From Deltaproteobacteria bacterium (GTDB taxonomy: Bacteria; Desulfobacterota; Binatia; Binatales; Binataceae), in contig PLDK01000003.1 in the NCBI GenBank assembly GCA_003135135.1, positions 1,492-65,491 on the forward strand: DNA of 64,000 bases, read 5' to 3'. The stretch's first letter is position 1; each line of letters starts with the position of its first letter. Below, piece by piece: positions 1-8,976 of this stretch. Below the pieces are notes generated by a model, which did not search any database, was not told the origin of the DNA, and saw only the letters and a program-made list of their open reading frames with translations. The position numbers and the translations under genes were made by a program.

Positions 1-586
1 CTACCGCATGACGGGGGTGTCGGGAAAAAAGAGACTGAGTCAGTAGTAAAATATATTTGATTACCTTCGATGCAAGTTGTTCGGATAATGGCAAGCCCGT
101 TCGAATGATTTTTCGTTCAGCGTCGATGAAGGTCTTTGCTATTTCGTCTATAGCCACAGGAATGTTGATGGCGTCCGCCAGCACTCGAGCCATTTGGGCG
201 TCAGCCTCGCGCCCTTTGTGTAGTAATTGCTCCCGCAAATAAACGTCGCCGAGTTTGGCCGCAAGGAGACGGTCACAGTACTTTGGAAAACCACGCGTTT
301 GATCATGGTCTATCAGCCGATGCTGTAGCTCGAGACGGCGGCCTCTTAATCCGCGTACGACCATTGTCGGCTTGAGCACGATGACTTGCCTCGGGAAGTC
401 AGCGAGGACTGCCATTGAACGAAAAATGGAAACGAGCGTATCGCCCTTATACGCCTCCATCGAGGCGTAGTCAGTTAAGACTGCAAAGTTGTTAATTGAT
501 TGTGAGAGATAGTCGCGAAGCATCGGGGACTGAAGCGCGTTGCTATCGACGACCATACGTGTCGGCCCTGACTTTTTGTACGGCAT
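1..586 (-). CDS. Hypothetical protein, partial (runs off left edge); possible PIN-like domain (N-terminus MVVDSNAL...). Lies in a conspicuously low-GC segment.
   Basis: Manual translation of the minus strand gives an open frame from ATG (revcomp of cat at 584-586) to position 1 with no stop (>190 aa). It is absent from the ORF track because no stop lies in the window. Local GC is about 48% against about 65% elsewhere. Confidence 0.4.
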   Translation of the reverse strand, partial: MPYKKSGPTRMVVDSNALQSPMLRDYLSQSINNFAVLTDYASMEAYKGDTLVSIFRSMAVLADFPRQVIVLKPTMVVRGLRGRRLELQHRLIDHDQTRGFPKYCDRLLAAKLGDVYLREQLLHKGREADAQMARVLADAINIPVAIDEIAKTFIDAERKIIRTGLPLSEQLASKVIKYILLLTQSLFSRHPRHAV

Positions 587-779
587 CTCTGTTAGCTCGA
601 AAAATGTGTCTTTTTGTGTCGGAGGCGAGCAAATCCGATACGATGGGAAGCCTCCCCGATTTGGAAAGTTCCCGCATTTTCCTATCCGATCCGATGCGAG
701 CCGATGCCGTTAGGCCCCCCTGATCACCTTAGCAATCTGGTGCCTTCGACCACTCGGCCGGGAAAGATAACCGCGAGGT

Positions 780-900
780 AATTCCCCTAACCCGTTCTAA
801 CAGGGCGAAGCCCGCATCTTCTCTTAACAGACGGGAAGCAACGAAAACGAAACCTGCGTGAGGTTTCGCTCTCTTCACTCTCTTGGGGGCGGGGGGAGGC
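780..900. repeat. Intergenic repeat/hairpin element. It contains the 20-mer gttctaacagggcgaagccc (794-813), the 12-mer ctcttcactctc and the hairpin gaaacctgcgtgaggtttc.
   Basis: The identical 20-mer and 12-mer recur at 50999-51018 and 50912-50923. Both copies sit in intergenic gaps. Confidence 0.5.
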
Positions 901-1510
901 CGGCGCGGGCCAGATCAGACGGCGTATCCAGATCGAGATTGATTCCCGGATCGTCCAGGTCAACGTAGGCCACCCGCGACGCATCGGCATTCACCACGAA
1001 ACGCGCGCCCTCCTCTTCCGGCGCGGACATAAGTTCGCCGAACATTGCGCGATCGAAAATCACCGGATGGCCCCGGCGGCCATTGTGGCGCGCAATCACA
1101 ATCGGCTTGCCCGTTCGATTGTATGAATCGACTACGGCTCGAAACGTTTCCGCGCGGACCATCGGATGATCCCCGAGATGCACAAGCGCACCCGCCGAGT
1201 CCGGTTGAACAGCGCCGAGCCCGACCTTCAACGACGACAGTTGCCCGCGCGCATAGTTCGGATTCTCGACGATCGCGATGCGCTTGTCGTCAGGAATCGC
1301 GGCCCGCACGCGCTCGCGATGCGCCCCGATCACAATCACTAGCCGCGGCACCACTGCGAGCATCGTCTCTGCGATCTGCTCGATGAAGGTCCGCCCGCCG
1401 ATCTCGAGCAGCGGCTTCGGATAGCCCATCCGGCGCGACTCGCCCGCCGCCAGAATGATTCCCTCGAGCTGCTGCTTCATCGTGTCGATCTCAGGGGCCG
1501 GGGGCCGCAT
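875..1510 (-). CDS. MobA-like nucleotidyltransferase (molybdenum cofactor cytidylyl/guanylyltransferase, MocA/MobA family)
   Basis: GIILAAGESRRMG...KPL N-terminal NTP-transferase motif, about 200 aa, immediately downstream of xdhC. An alternative start lies at MKQQ (1480). Confidence 0.75.
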   Translation of the reverse strand: MRPPAPEIDTMKQQLEGIILAAGESRRMGYPKPLLEIGGRTFIEQIAETMLAVVPRLVIVIGAHRERVRAAIPDDKRIAIVENPNYARGQLSSLKVGLGAVQPDSAGALVHLGDHPMVRAETFRAVVDSYNRTGKPIVIARHNGRRGHPVIFDRAMFGELMSAPEEEGARFVVNADASRVAYVDLDDPGINLDLDTPSDLARAGLPPPPRE

Positions 1511-1519
1511 CGATGCGAG

Positions 1520-2680
1520 CTACTTCAAGCGTTTGAGGATGCCGGAACGTACGCCGAGCGTGAAATCGTCGCGCTCGCCGGTCCGGCGCTCGCGAATAAT
1601 CTCCGCGATGATCGAGATCGCAATCTCGTCGGGCGTCTCGCCGCCAATCGCGACGCCGAGCGGCGCATGAACGTCGCCGAGCCGCTCGATCGGAACTCCG
1701 CTCTCGCCGATTCTCTCGAGCGTGGCCTTCACCCGGCGGCGCGAACCGATCATCCCGACGAATCCGCACGGCTGCATCAGCGCCGCGCGCACAACTTCCT
1801 CGTCGAAAGAATGACCGCGCGTGACGGAAACCAGATAACAGTGGCCGTCGAGCGCGAGCGAGTCGATCGCGGCCTTGAAGGGCTTGACGATTATTTCGTC
1901 GGCATCGGGGAACCGCTCACGATTCGCAAACGATGCGCGATCGTCGATCACCGTGACGTGAAACCCGAGCATCGCTCCGAGCACGCACAACGGCGCCGCG
2001 ATATGGCCCGCGCCGACGATTATCAGCCGCTGCGCACCAACGATCGGATCGACAAACAGGCGCACGCCGCCTTTGGGCTCGAGACGCGTGACAGGATGCA
2101 GACCGCCGGCGCCATCGACTTCGAGCAACGCGGGAATCGCCTCGGCGGTTCGCTCGATGATTTGTGCGAATTGCGCCGCGGGCAGATCGATCGGTCCCGC
2201 ATCGCGCGCGCCCGCATCGCGGGGATCGATAAACGTCCGCGACCCGGCCGGCATTTCGCTTCGCGAACCCGCATCGACCACCGTTATCAGTGCGCCGGAA
2301 GCACTGCGGCTGGCGGCGGCGGCCAGCTTGCGCGCGATTGGCAAGTCGCGGGCCGGGGACCACAGATCGACGAAGACGTCCATCACTCCGCCGCAGGTGC
2401 CGATCTCGCGCTGGTCGAAATCGCCGGTGAGATCGACTTCCGCAAGCCGCGCGCCGCTTTCGTTGCCTTCTTCAAGTAATACACGAGCTTTTCGAAAGAC
2501 CTCGGCTTCGCCGCATCCACCGCCGATGGTGCCGAACTGGCCGTCCTGGCGGACGATCATCTTGGCGCCGACTTCACGCGGCGTAGAGCCGCGAACGTTC
2601 ACCACCGTTGCCAGCGCAAATGGCTGACCGCGCTCCAGCGTGCGCAACGCCTCAGCCCAGATTTGATCCGAACCACTCAT
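1520..2680 (-). CDS. xdhC: XdhC/CoxF-family molybdenum-hydroxylase accessory (maturation) protein
   Basis: Two-domain XdhC architecture: an N-terminal XdhC_CoxI-like domain and a C-terminal Rossmann-like domain (IIVGAGHIA...). Length is 386 aa. Confidence 0.8.
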   Translation of the reverse strand: MSGSDQIWAEALRTLERGQPFALATVVNVRGSTPREVGAKMIVRQDGQFGTIGGGCGEAEVFRKARVLLEEGNESGARLAEVDLTGDFDQREIGTCGGVMDVFVDLWSPARDLPIARKLAAAASRSASGALITVVDAGSRSEMPAGSRTFIDPRDAGARDAGPIDLPAAQFAQIIERTAEAIPALLEVDGAGGLHPVTRLEPKGGVRLFVDPIVGAQRLIIVGAGHIAAPLCVLGAMLGFHVTVIDDRASFANRERFPDADEIIVKPFKAAIDSLALDGHCYLVSVTRGHSFDEEVVRAALMQPCGFVGMIGSRRRVKATLERIGESGVPIERLGDVHAPLGVAIGGETPDEIAISIIAEIIRERRTGERDDFTLGVRSGILKRLK

Positions 2681-2741
2681 TTGGGAAGCCGCGATTAGAA
2701 CTTACCAGAACCCGCACTCGCGATGAATGCGGTCGCCGGTG

Positions 2742-3047
2742 TCAGTCGGAGATCTCGCGCAGATGGCGGAGGATCTCGCGGGCGCGGAGCAGGCTGTCCT
2801 CGGCGGATTTGTAATCGCCGGATTTGATTGCCGCCTCGCCCTTCTGTTCCAACTGGTTCGCGTCGAAGAGCTGCTTGCGCTCGACGGGATCAGTAGGTCC
2901 GCTGTCGCGCACGTGCGCGAGTTCGAGCGACACCTGCCGCTCCATCTCGACCAAATCCGGCGGCGGAGAAGCGGCCAGCGCCGGGCAGATGTCAACTAAA
3001 GTTGCAATTGCGGCAATCGCCGCGAAAAGTCGCGCGCCCGTCCTCAT
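2742..3047 (-). CDS. Small secreted hypothetical protein (signal peptide MRTGARLFAAIAAIATLVDICPALAA)
   Basis: ORF with an N-terminal hydrophobic signal-like segment, downstream of the Cys-rich gene on the same strand. Confidence 0.45.
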   Translation of the reverse strand: MRTGARLFAAIAAIATLVDICPALAASPPPDLVEMERQVSLELAHVRDSGPTDPVERKQLFDANQLEQKGEAAIKSGDYKSAEDSLLRAREILRHLREISD

Positions 3048-3304
3048 CGAGACTGAATTGTTATGGAATCGATCGAGGATTTCCAGCGGTGGTAAGCCAG
3101 GAGGGGTGAGGGGGAAATTCACTTGATTGAATGTGAAACCCTCGGTGGGTTTCACACTTCCGTCGGCAGGGGCTGCAGCCCCTGCACCCGCAGTGAGAAG
3201 ACGCGAAAATCTGCGCAGCGCATCTTTTCGCGACTACGCGATGGGCAGGTGTGACCCCTGCAGCCAGTGTGAAGGGCGCCCGTCGCAACGGGCGGCGCGA
3301 GTGG

Positions 3305-4126
3305 CTAAGGGGTCGTATCTTCTGCCACCGTGCAGGAAATGCTGCCATCCGGACCCGGAGCCTGGGTACATGTGCACAGACACTCATTGATATCCGGAAG
3401 TGGCGGTCCGTCGAGCTGTAGCGCAAGGAATTTCGGGACTCCGGTTGCGGCTCCAACGGAGAGAGTGGTTCCGTTAGCGGTGGGGTTAGGCACGCTGCAG
3501 GATGCACAGGCGCTTGCGTCACATCTGCTTCCTTTGGGTGCCGTCGGATGGTACGGGCCGAACACCTGATATCCGAAGCTATCCGAGCTGCCTGGCGTCG
3601 AGCCAGATGAGATCGGGCAGGAGCAAATGATCTCATCATCGTCGAGCCGGCCAGCGAAGCCCGGGAACCTTTGACCCGTGCTGCTCTTGAAGCAAATGCC
3701 ACCGTCACATTGGCCATAGGCTACCGGCGCGATCACGCCACTCCCCGCGTCAGCCGATCCAGGGCAGGTGTAGACGGCCGCGCGACCACCTTTCGTCACA
3801 TCATCGGGCAGGCTGAAGGTGCTCACCATATAACCATTCGTCTTGCCCTGCCGGTTCACATCACAGACATTTTGCTCGTCGATGGGGCTTGAGTAGCTGA
3901 GCTGGAGACTGATGCTGTCACCTCGCAAGATATCGCACTTGCAATAAGCGACTCCGTCATAAACGAAGCAACTCGCCGCGGCGCAGAGCGCGTAACGCTG
4001 CTTTTTGCAAATCACGAAGGGCGGCTCGGGATCGAGCGACGGATCCAGGTGGAAGCCGAACGCTGATACCGCGGTGAAGAGTTGGACGGCCACCATGACA
4101 GACGTAGCTTTAAGGAACCAACGCAT
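3305..4126 (-). CDS. Cysteine-rich secreted hypothetical protein (about 273 aa, more than 20 Cys; signal peptide MRWFLKATSVMVAVQLFTAVSAFG)
   Basis: Long ORF. The internal Met with a signal peptide lies 5 nt downstream of the sigma-54 activator stop (4131), suggesting co-transcription. No recognisable family. Confidence 0.55.
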   Translation of the reverse strand: MRWFLKATSVMVAVQLFTAVSAFGFHLDPSLDPEPPFVICKKQRYALCAAASCFVYDGVAYCKCDILRGDSISLQLSYSSPIDEQNVCDVNRQGKTNGYMVSTFSLPDDVTKGGRAAVYTCPGSADAGSGVIAPVAYGQCDGGICFKSSTGQRFPGFAGRLDDDEIICSCPISSGSTPGSSDSFGYQVFGPYHPTAPKGSRCDASACASCSVPNPTANGTTLSVGAATGVPKFLALQLDGPPLPDINECLCTCTQAPGPDGSISCTVAEDTTP

Positions 4127-4130
4127 AATC

Positions 4131-5291
4131 TTAGAAAGGGCGCTGAAGGGATGGCCGGTGCGGATTATCGGCGATCCCATAGCGAATGAGCATCCGGTAG
4201 AGCGTTGAGCGCGAAACGCCCAGCAGGCCGGCGGCGCGCCGTCGATTTCCCTCGGTCTCTTCGAGCGAACGCATCAGGGTCTTCTTGACTACGTCATCGA
4301 GCAGGAACCCTGGCGGCTCACCGGCGAAATCTATGCTGGGCAAGTGGCGCGCGACTGGCGCAGCCGGGTAGCCGTTGGCGGACGATTGCTCGTGCGGGTA
4401 CAACAACTCGGCGCCGGTTCCGTCCACGATCTGCTTGGGGAGATCGGATACGCCGATGTTGTTGCTCTCGCTTAAAATCACGGCGCTTTCGATCGCATTG
4501 GAGAGTTCCCGGACATTTCCCGGCCACTGATATGCGCAGAGGATCTCGATGGCGCGACGTGAGATTTCCGAGACATTTTTGCCGAACAGGCGATTGTATT
4601 GTTCGATGAAAAACCCGATGAAGGCCGGGATAGCCTCGCGCCGTTCCCGCAGCGGCGGGATAAAGATCGCCGAAGCGCTCATGCGGTAGTAGAGATCGTC
4701 GCGAAACTGGCCCGCTCTGACCATCGCGTGCAAGTCGCGGTTGGTCGCGGCGACCAAACGGAGATCAACCTTGTAGCAATGCGACGATCCGACCGGCTGA
4801 ACCTCGTGCGTCTCGACCGAGCGCAACAGCTTGGGCTGGAGCTTGAGCGGCAATTCGCCGATCTCGTCAAGGAACAGCGTGCCTCCGTTGGCGGATCGGA
4901 AGTAGCCCTGCGACTCCTCGCGTGCGTCGGTAAAGGCGCCGCGAACGTGGCCGAATAACTGCGACTCGGCCAACGATTCGACGAGGTTGGAGCAGTTCAG
5001 CGTCACGAAGGGACCGTTTGGAACCGGACCCAGCGTGTGGAGCGCGCGCGCGACCAATTCCTTTCCGGTTCCGGATTCGCCTGAAATCAGCACGGTCGCT
5101 TTGTACGGACTGAGCAACGATACCGACTTCAAGACCTTGCGCACCTGCGCTGATCGTACGACCATGCCGCCGAGCCGATCCGCACTGTGCACGAGATGGT
5201 CGAGCGACACCATCTCGCTTGCCCCGTCTCCGATAGGGAGCGTTCCCGATGCGAGATTTCCTGGTGCCAATTGAGTGTCTGCGTGCTGCAC
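4131..5291 (-). CDS. Sigma-54-dependent transcriptional activator (AAA+ plus Fis-type HTH) with no receiver or sensory domain (PspF/HrpS-like)
   Basis: Walker A GESGTGKELVARALH, the GAFTDA (GAFTGA-like) sigma-54 contact motif, and a C-terminal HTH (RAAGLLGVSRSTLYRML). Only about 50 aa precede the AAA+ core. Confidence 0.9.
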   Translation of the reverse strand: MQHADTQLAPGNLASGTLPIGDGASEMVSLDHLVHSADRLGGMVVRSAQVRKVLKSVSLLSPYKATVLISGESGTGKELVARALHTLGPVPNGPFVTLNCSNLVESLAESQLFGHVRGAFTDAREESQGYFRSANGGTLFLDEIGELPLKLQPKLLRSVETHEVQPVGSSHCYKVDLRLVAATNRDLHAMVRAGQFRDDLYYRMSASAIFIPPLRERREAIPAFIGFFIEQYNRLFGKNVSEISRRAIEILCAYQWPGNVRELSNAIESAVILSESNNIGVSDLPKQIVDGTGAELLYPHEQSSANGYPAAPVARHLPSIDFAGEPPGFLLDDVVKKTLMRSLEETEGNRRRAAGLLGVSRSTLYRMLIRYGIADNPHRPSLQRPF

Positions 5292-5664
5292 AGTCCTACC
5301 TCTTTGGCCTGTAGTAACAGGTCAACAACAACTATCAGAGCAAGTGACGGGCCATCGTCTCGGAATCGGGACACTCATTGAACGTTGTCTCTAATAGGCA
5401 CAACTACGCGCCGCGCCGCATGGGGCGCGCGATGCGACATTTCAGTGTCATCGAGCAGGTCAGAATGCGACATTGGTTTGCCGCTGGAGATTGGCGCGGG
5501 TGGCAGCAGCGCAGGTCGATTAGCTATACGCCCAGCAGCCATTCAGCGCCTCGTCAGCGAGTGTGGATAGTCGCATTTTGTCGGAGTTTCAGAGCGTCCA
5601 CATCGAGCGTACAATCCGACGACATGCGGCTAGTCAATAACAAATTCGGATGAGGGATAGGAAT

Positions 5665-5895
5665 ATGCCACAATCCAAAACTCACTGTTCTTCCCGCTTC
5701 TGCAATAAATTTCAGGACGAGAGCAAGGTCTACGCACTGGGAGCGGGTGAATTCCATTGTGAGTGCGAAGCTGGGCACCAGTTCCACAACAAAATGCAGC
5801 AGGTTGCGGAGGGAGAAGTGCTGGAAGGACCTTGCCCGCGAAAATGCAAGTACCACGACAAGACGAGGCCTGCCGTTAAGCTCGCGACGGTATGA
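5665..5895 (+). CDS. Small cysteine-rich hypothetical protein (76 aa, 7 Cys; possible metal-binding)
   Basis: ORF with an upstream AGGGATAGGAAT RBS-like sequence. It carries CxxxxC, CxC and CxxxC spacings and has no clear homology. Confidence 0.35.
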   Translation: MPQSKTHCSSRFCNKFQDESKVYALGAGEFHCECEAGHQFHNKMQQVAEGEVLEGPCPRKCKYHDKTRPAVKLATV

Positions 5896-5935
5896 TCGAT
5901 TTCGATAAAGCTGACCGAATAGAGACTCGAATCTG

Positions 5936-6373
5936 ATGCTCGCGAAAGAGAAACGGTTTGCCATCCGGTCAATCGCTGTCGGAATAGTTGCCACTGGACT
6001 AGTTGCAGGCTTCTGTACATGGCAAGTGCAGCGAGCTGACGCTCGGCTCGAAGCGCTGCGGCACATCCCAACAGACGAGGAACTGAGACCGGTGCCAACA
6101 GCGCTCTCAACCCCGAAGGTTTTGCATGATCGCGATTTCGTTCCTGAGGCCGACCTGCCGAAACCAACAGGACACTGGGAGACTCTAGAAGGCGCGACCG
6201 TCGATCCCGACTTAGTTGAAGCTGAAACACAAGCAAATCAAGCTCACGATAGTCGCCTTTTTCTCAGCCTTCTGACCCTCGCCGTTTTTTCCCTGCCGCT
6301 TGTATGGTATTTGCTGCTTGACCGAATTCGTGAAATCAGCGCGGCAGTCTCAGGGCGGGACAAATCAAACTAA
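5936..6373 (+). CDS. Hypothetical membrane protein (N- and C-terminal TM helices)
   Basis: ORF with two hydrophobic segments. Confidence 0.4.
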   Translation: MLAKEKRFAIRSIAVGIVATGLVAGFCTWQVQRADARLEALRHIPTDEELRPVPTALSTPKVLHDRDFVPEADLPKPTGHWETLEGATVDPDLVEAETQANQAHDSRLFLSLLTLAVFSLPLVWYLLLDRIREISAAVSGRDKSN

Positions 6374-6528
6374 GACCTTGTTCGTCCAGTAGTTTGACTT
6401 AGTGCCTCGCGCGCGTTCGCACCTTGGCCCGCGGCCATGTTCGCCAAATCGAACTGTGCCCGCTGCACCGCGGCATCGCCATCGAGTGCGCGCGAGCGTG
6501 AAATCAGGCACCAGCTCCGCTTAATAGT

Positions 6529-7014
6529 TCAATTCAATAAGGCGCGGAGCTGCGCCAGCGCGGATAGGCAAGTCAGATCGCCGGGCGCGAATGCGAGTGC
6601 GCCTTCGAATTCGTCGATCGCCCGTTTCACCATTCCCTTGGCAGCGTAGATTCGGCCCAGGTTCATGAACGGATAATGACGCGGATCGTAACGCGGCGCG
6701 GTCTTGGCTTTTTCGAGCCACGGGACGGCCTCGTCGAGCTCGCCCTTGGCGATTAGATATGCGCCGATGTCGTTGTACGGATTGCCAAAGGCGGGATCGA
6801 TTTCGATGGCGCACCGACACTGGGCGATCGCGTCGTCGATTCGTCCCATCCCTTCGAACGCCCATCCCCGAAATGTGTAGGCCTCGGCGGTCGGAAAGAC
6901 TTCAATCGATTTTGTGTAGAGCTCGACCGCGCGTTCGAGATCGTGGTTCATGTGAAAGCGCATCGCCTCGTTCCATAACTCAAGCGCACGCATCCGCGGT
7001 TCCGCGTCAGCCAT
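6529..7014 (-). CDS. TPR-repeat protein (TadD-like position at the end of the tad operon)
   Basis: Multiple TPR-like 34-aa repeats (AxxYxxxG patterns), directly downstream of tadC on the same strand. The likely start is at MADAEP. Confidence 0.65.
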   Translation of the reverse strand: MADAEPRMRALELWNEAMRFHMNHDLERAVELYTKSIEVFPTAEAYTFRGWAFEGMGRIDDAIAQCRCAIEIDPAFGNPYNDIGAYLIAKGELDEAVPWLEKAKTAPRYDPRHYPFMNLGRIYAAKGMVKRAIDEFEGALAFAPGDLTCLSALAQLRALLN

Positions 7015-7058
7015 GATCGATCGGTTATTGTGCCGGCGCGGGCGCGTCAAGAGCGTTG

Positions 7059-8006
7059 CTACGGCTTGGGAACCGAGGTAAGGGCACGCATGATCTGAAT
7101 CATGGCGGGGCCGACGATCACGCTCATCATGGCGGGCAAAATGAACAGCACGAGCGGGAAGAGAATCTTGACCGTGGTTTTTGCCGCGGCTTCTTCAGCG
7201 CGCAGGCGGCGGGTGGAGCGCATCGAGTCCGAGATGGATCGGAGCGCGGGACCGATTGACGCGCCCAGCCTTTCGCTCTGCACCATAGTCGCGGCCAGCG
7301 GTTTGATGTCGTCGACGGCGGTGCGATCGGCGAAACTTTTCAGCGCCTGGCCAAGCGAATTGCCGGAGGCGAGCTCGGCTGACACGATCGACAGCTCGGC
7401 GCCTATTTCCTGATTTTGGCGCTGGGTTTCGGAACCGACGACCTTGATGGCTTCGCTGAGGCCGAGGCCGGCTTCGACGCAGACCACCAGCAAATCCAAA
7501 ACGTCGGAAAGTTGGCTGGCGATCAACTGCTGACGGTTTTTGGCCTTGCGGCCGACATAGTAGCCGGGTGCGAATGCGCCGACGCCCAGGCCCATCAACA
7601 TGAACATCAGCGGCTTGACGCCGTAGAAGCCGAATGCGATCGCGACGACGAGCGCGAGGAGCGCAGTACCGGCCGTCGATGAGAGGCGGGTGAAGTGAAA
7701 GATGCGTACGGCGCGGGACCCGGGAAAGCCGGCGCGAACCAGGGTCTGTGCGAGCTTCTCGCGCTCCGGAGTATTCGGCGCGGGTTCGGGAAGATGCTTG
7801 GCGACCCATCGAAACAGCGACCGGGTATAGGAATCGGAATCCATGTCGATATTGGCGGGATTTCCATAGGCGACGCGCATCTTGACGCCGATCTCGGTGA
7901 TGCGCTCGTCGAAGGGGCGATTGATCCCGTAGATGGCCGCGTAGATCGCGATGGAGATCGCGCCGAACAGGAAAAATACCGTCAAGCTCGCATAGATAGC
8001 CGGCAT
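7059..8006 (-). CDS. tadC: Flp pilus assembly protein TadC (T2SSF-domain inner-membrane platform protein)
   Basis: T2SSF-like domain with 3-4 TM segments, paired with the upstream TadB paralogue in tad-locus order. Confidence 0.8.
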   Translation of the reverse strand: MPAIYASLTVFFLFGAISIAIYAAIYGINRPFDERITEIGVKMRVAYGNPANIDMDSDSYTRSLFRWVAKHLPEPAPNTPEREKLAQTLVRAGFPGSRAVRIFHFTRLSSTAGTALLALVVAIAFGFYGVKPLMFMLMGLGVGAFAPGYYVGRKAKNRQQLIASQLSDVLDLLVVCVEAGLGLSEAIKVVGSETQRQNQEIGAELSIVSAELASGNSLGQALKSFADRTAVDDIKPLAATMVQSERLGASIGPALRSISDSMRSTRRLRAEEAAAKTTVKILFPLVLFILPAMMSVIVGPAMIQIMRALTSVPKP

Positions 8007-8016
8007 CGCAGTTACT

Positions 8017-8976
8017 TCAGTACTTCACCTTCAGGAGCTTGCGAATTGAGAGGAACGCCAGGGCGTCGAGCACGCAGGCAACTTCGAGAATCTTTTGGCC
8101 GGACGGATCGTAAAAGAGCGTGTTGGTGTAGCTTGGCTGGATGATACTGAACGCACCCAGCATCACGATCGGCAGGAAGCCGACCAGTATCCCGCTCATC
8201 CTGGATTGGGCCGTAAGCGCCTTGATTTGCTGTTGCAGACGCTGGCGGGTGCGAACGATTTCCGAGAGCCGTCCGATTATTATTGCCAGCGAACTGCCGA
8301 CTTCCGCCTGGACCCGGACCGCGACGACCAGCAGGCGGAGGTCATCCTGGGGCACGCGCTTGAGCATCTCTTCGAGCGCGCGGGGCAGCGGCAGCCCGAG
8401 CCGGCTCTGTTCGATAGCGGAGCGGAATTCGGTGGAGATCGGATCGGCGAACTCGGCCACCACGACTTGCAATCCGCGCAGCAGCGTATGGCCGGCTTCG
8501 AGTGACGATTTGATCAAATCGAGCGCGTACGGCAGTTGCTTGGCGAATGCCTTGAGGCGCCGCTGCCTGCGCAGCCGGATATAAATTATCGGCAGGCTTG
8601 CCATCGCCGCGCCCATCGCGATCGACAGGAGTTCCAACCCCCAAATCGCCTCGCCGGCGATCAGGCCGGCCGTGAACATCACCAGGATCACGAGCAGTAC
8701 GTCGACGATGCGGGCGTAGATTCCGGCCTGCCAGAGGTTTTCCTCGAGTTTTTGGAGCAGATTGAGCCGATAGAACCAGCTTAGAAATTCGCGTCCGGTA
8801 AGGCGGCGACGATCGGTCTTGGTGATGTCGTCGGCCAGGGCGACATTGGGCCGCGACATCCGGCGCATCACGGTGCGCGTGACGCGGGGCCGATTGGGCC
8901 GCATGAACAGCATCGCGCAGGCAATCAGCACGAGGCCCGCGGCCGCAGCCGGAATCAACAGGTCGCCGAGGTTCAT
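8017..8976 (-). CDS. tadB: Flp pilus assembly protein TadB (T2SSF-domain platform protein)
   Basis: T2SSF-family membrane protein. It has a 4-nt overlap with the cpaF stop. Confidence 0.8.
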   Translation of the reverse strand: MNLGDLLIPAAAAGLVLIACAMLFMRPNRPRVTRTVMRRMSRPNVALADDITKTDRRRLTGREFLSWFYRLNLLQKLEENLWQAGIYARIVDVLLVILVMFTAGLIAGEAIWGLELLSIAMGAAMASLPIIYIRLRRQRRLKAFAKQLPYALDLIKSSLEAGHTLLRGLQVVVAEFADPISTEFRSAIEQSRLGLPLPRALEEMLKRVPQDDLRLLVVAVRVQAEVGSSLAIIIGRLSEIVRTRQRLQQQIKALTAQSRMSGILVGFLPIVMLGAFSIIQPSYTNTLFYDPSGQKILEVACVLDALAFLSIRKLLKVKY

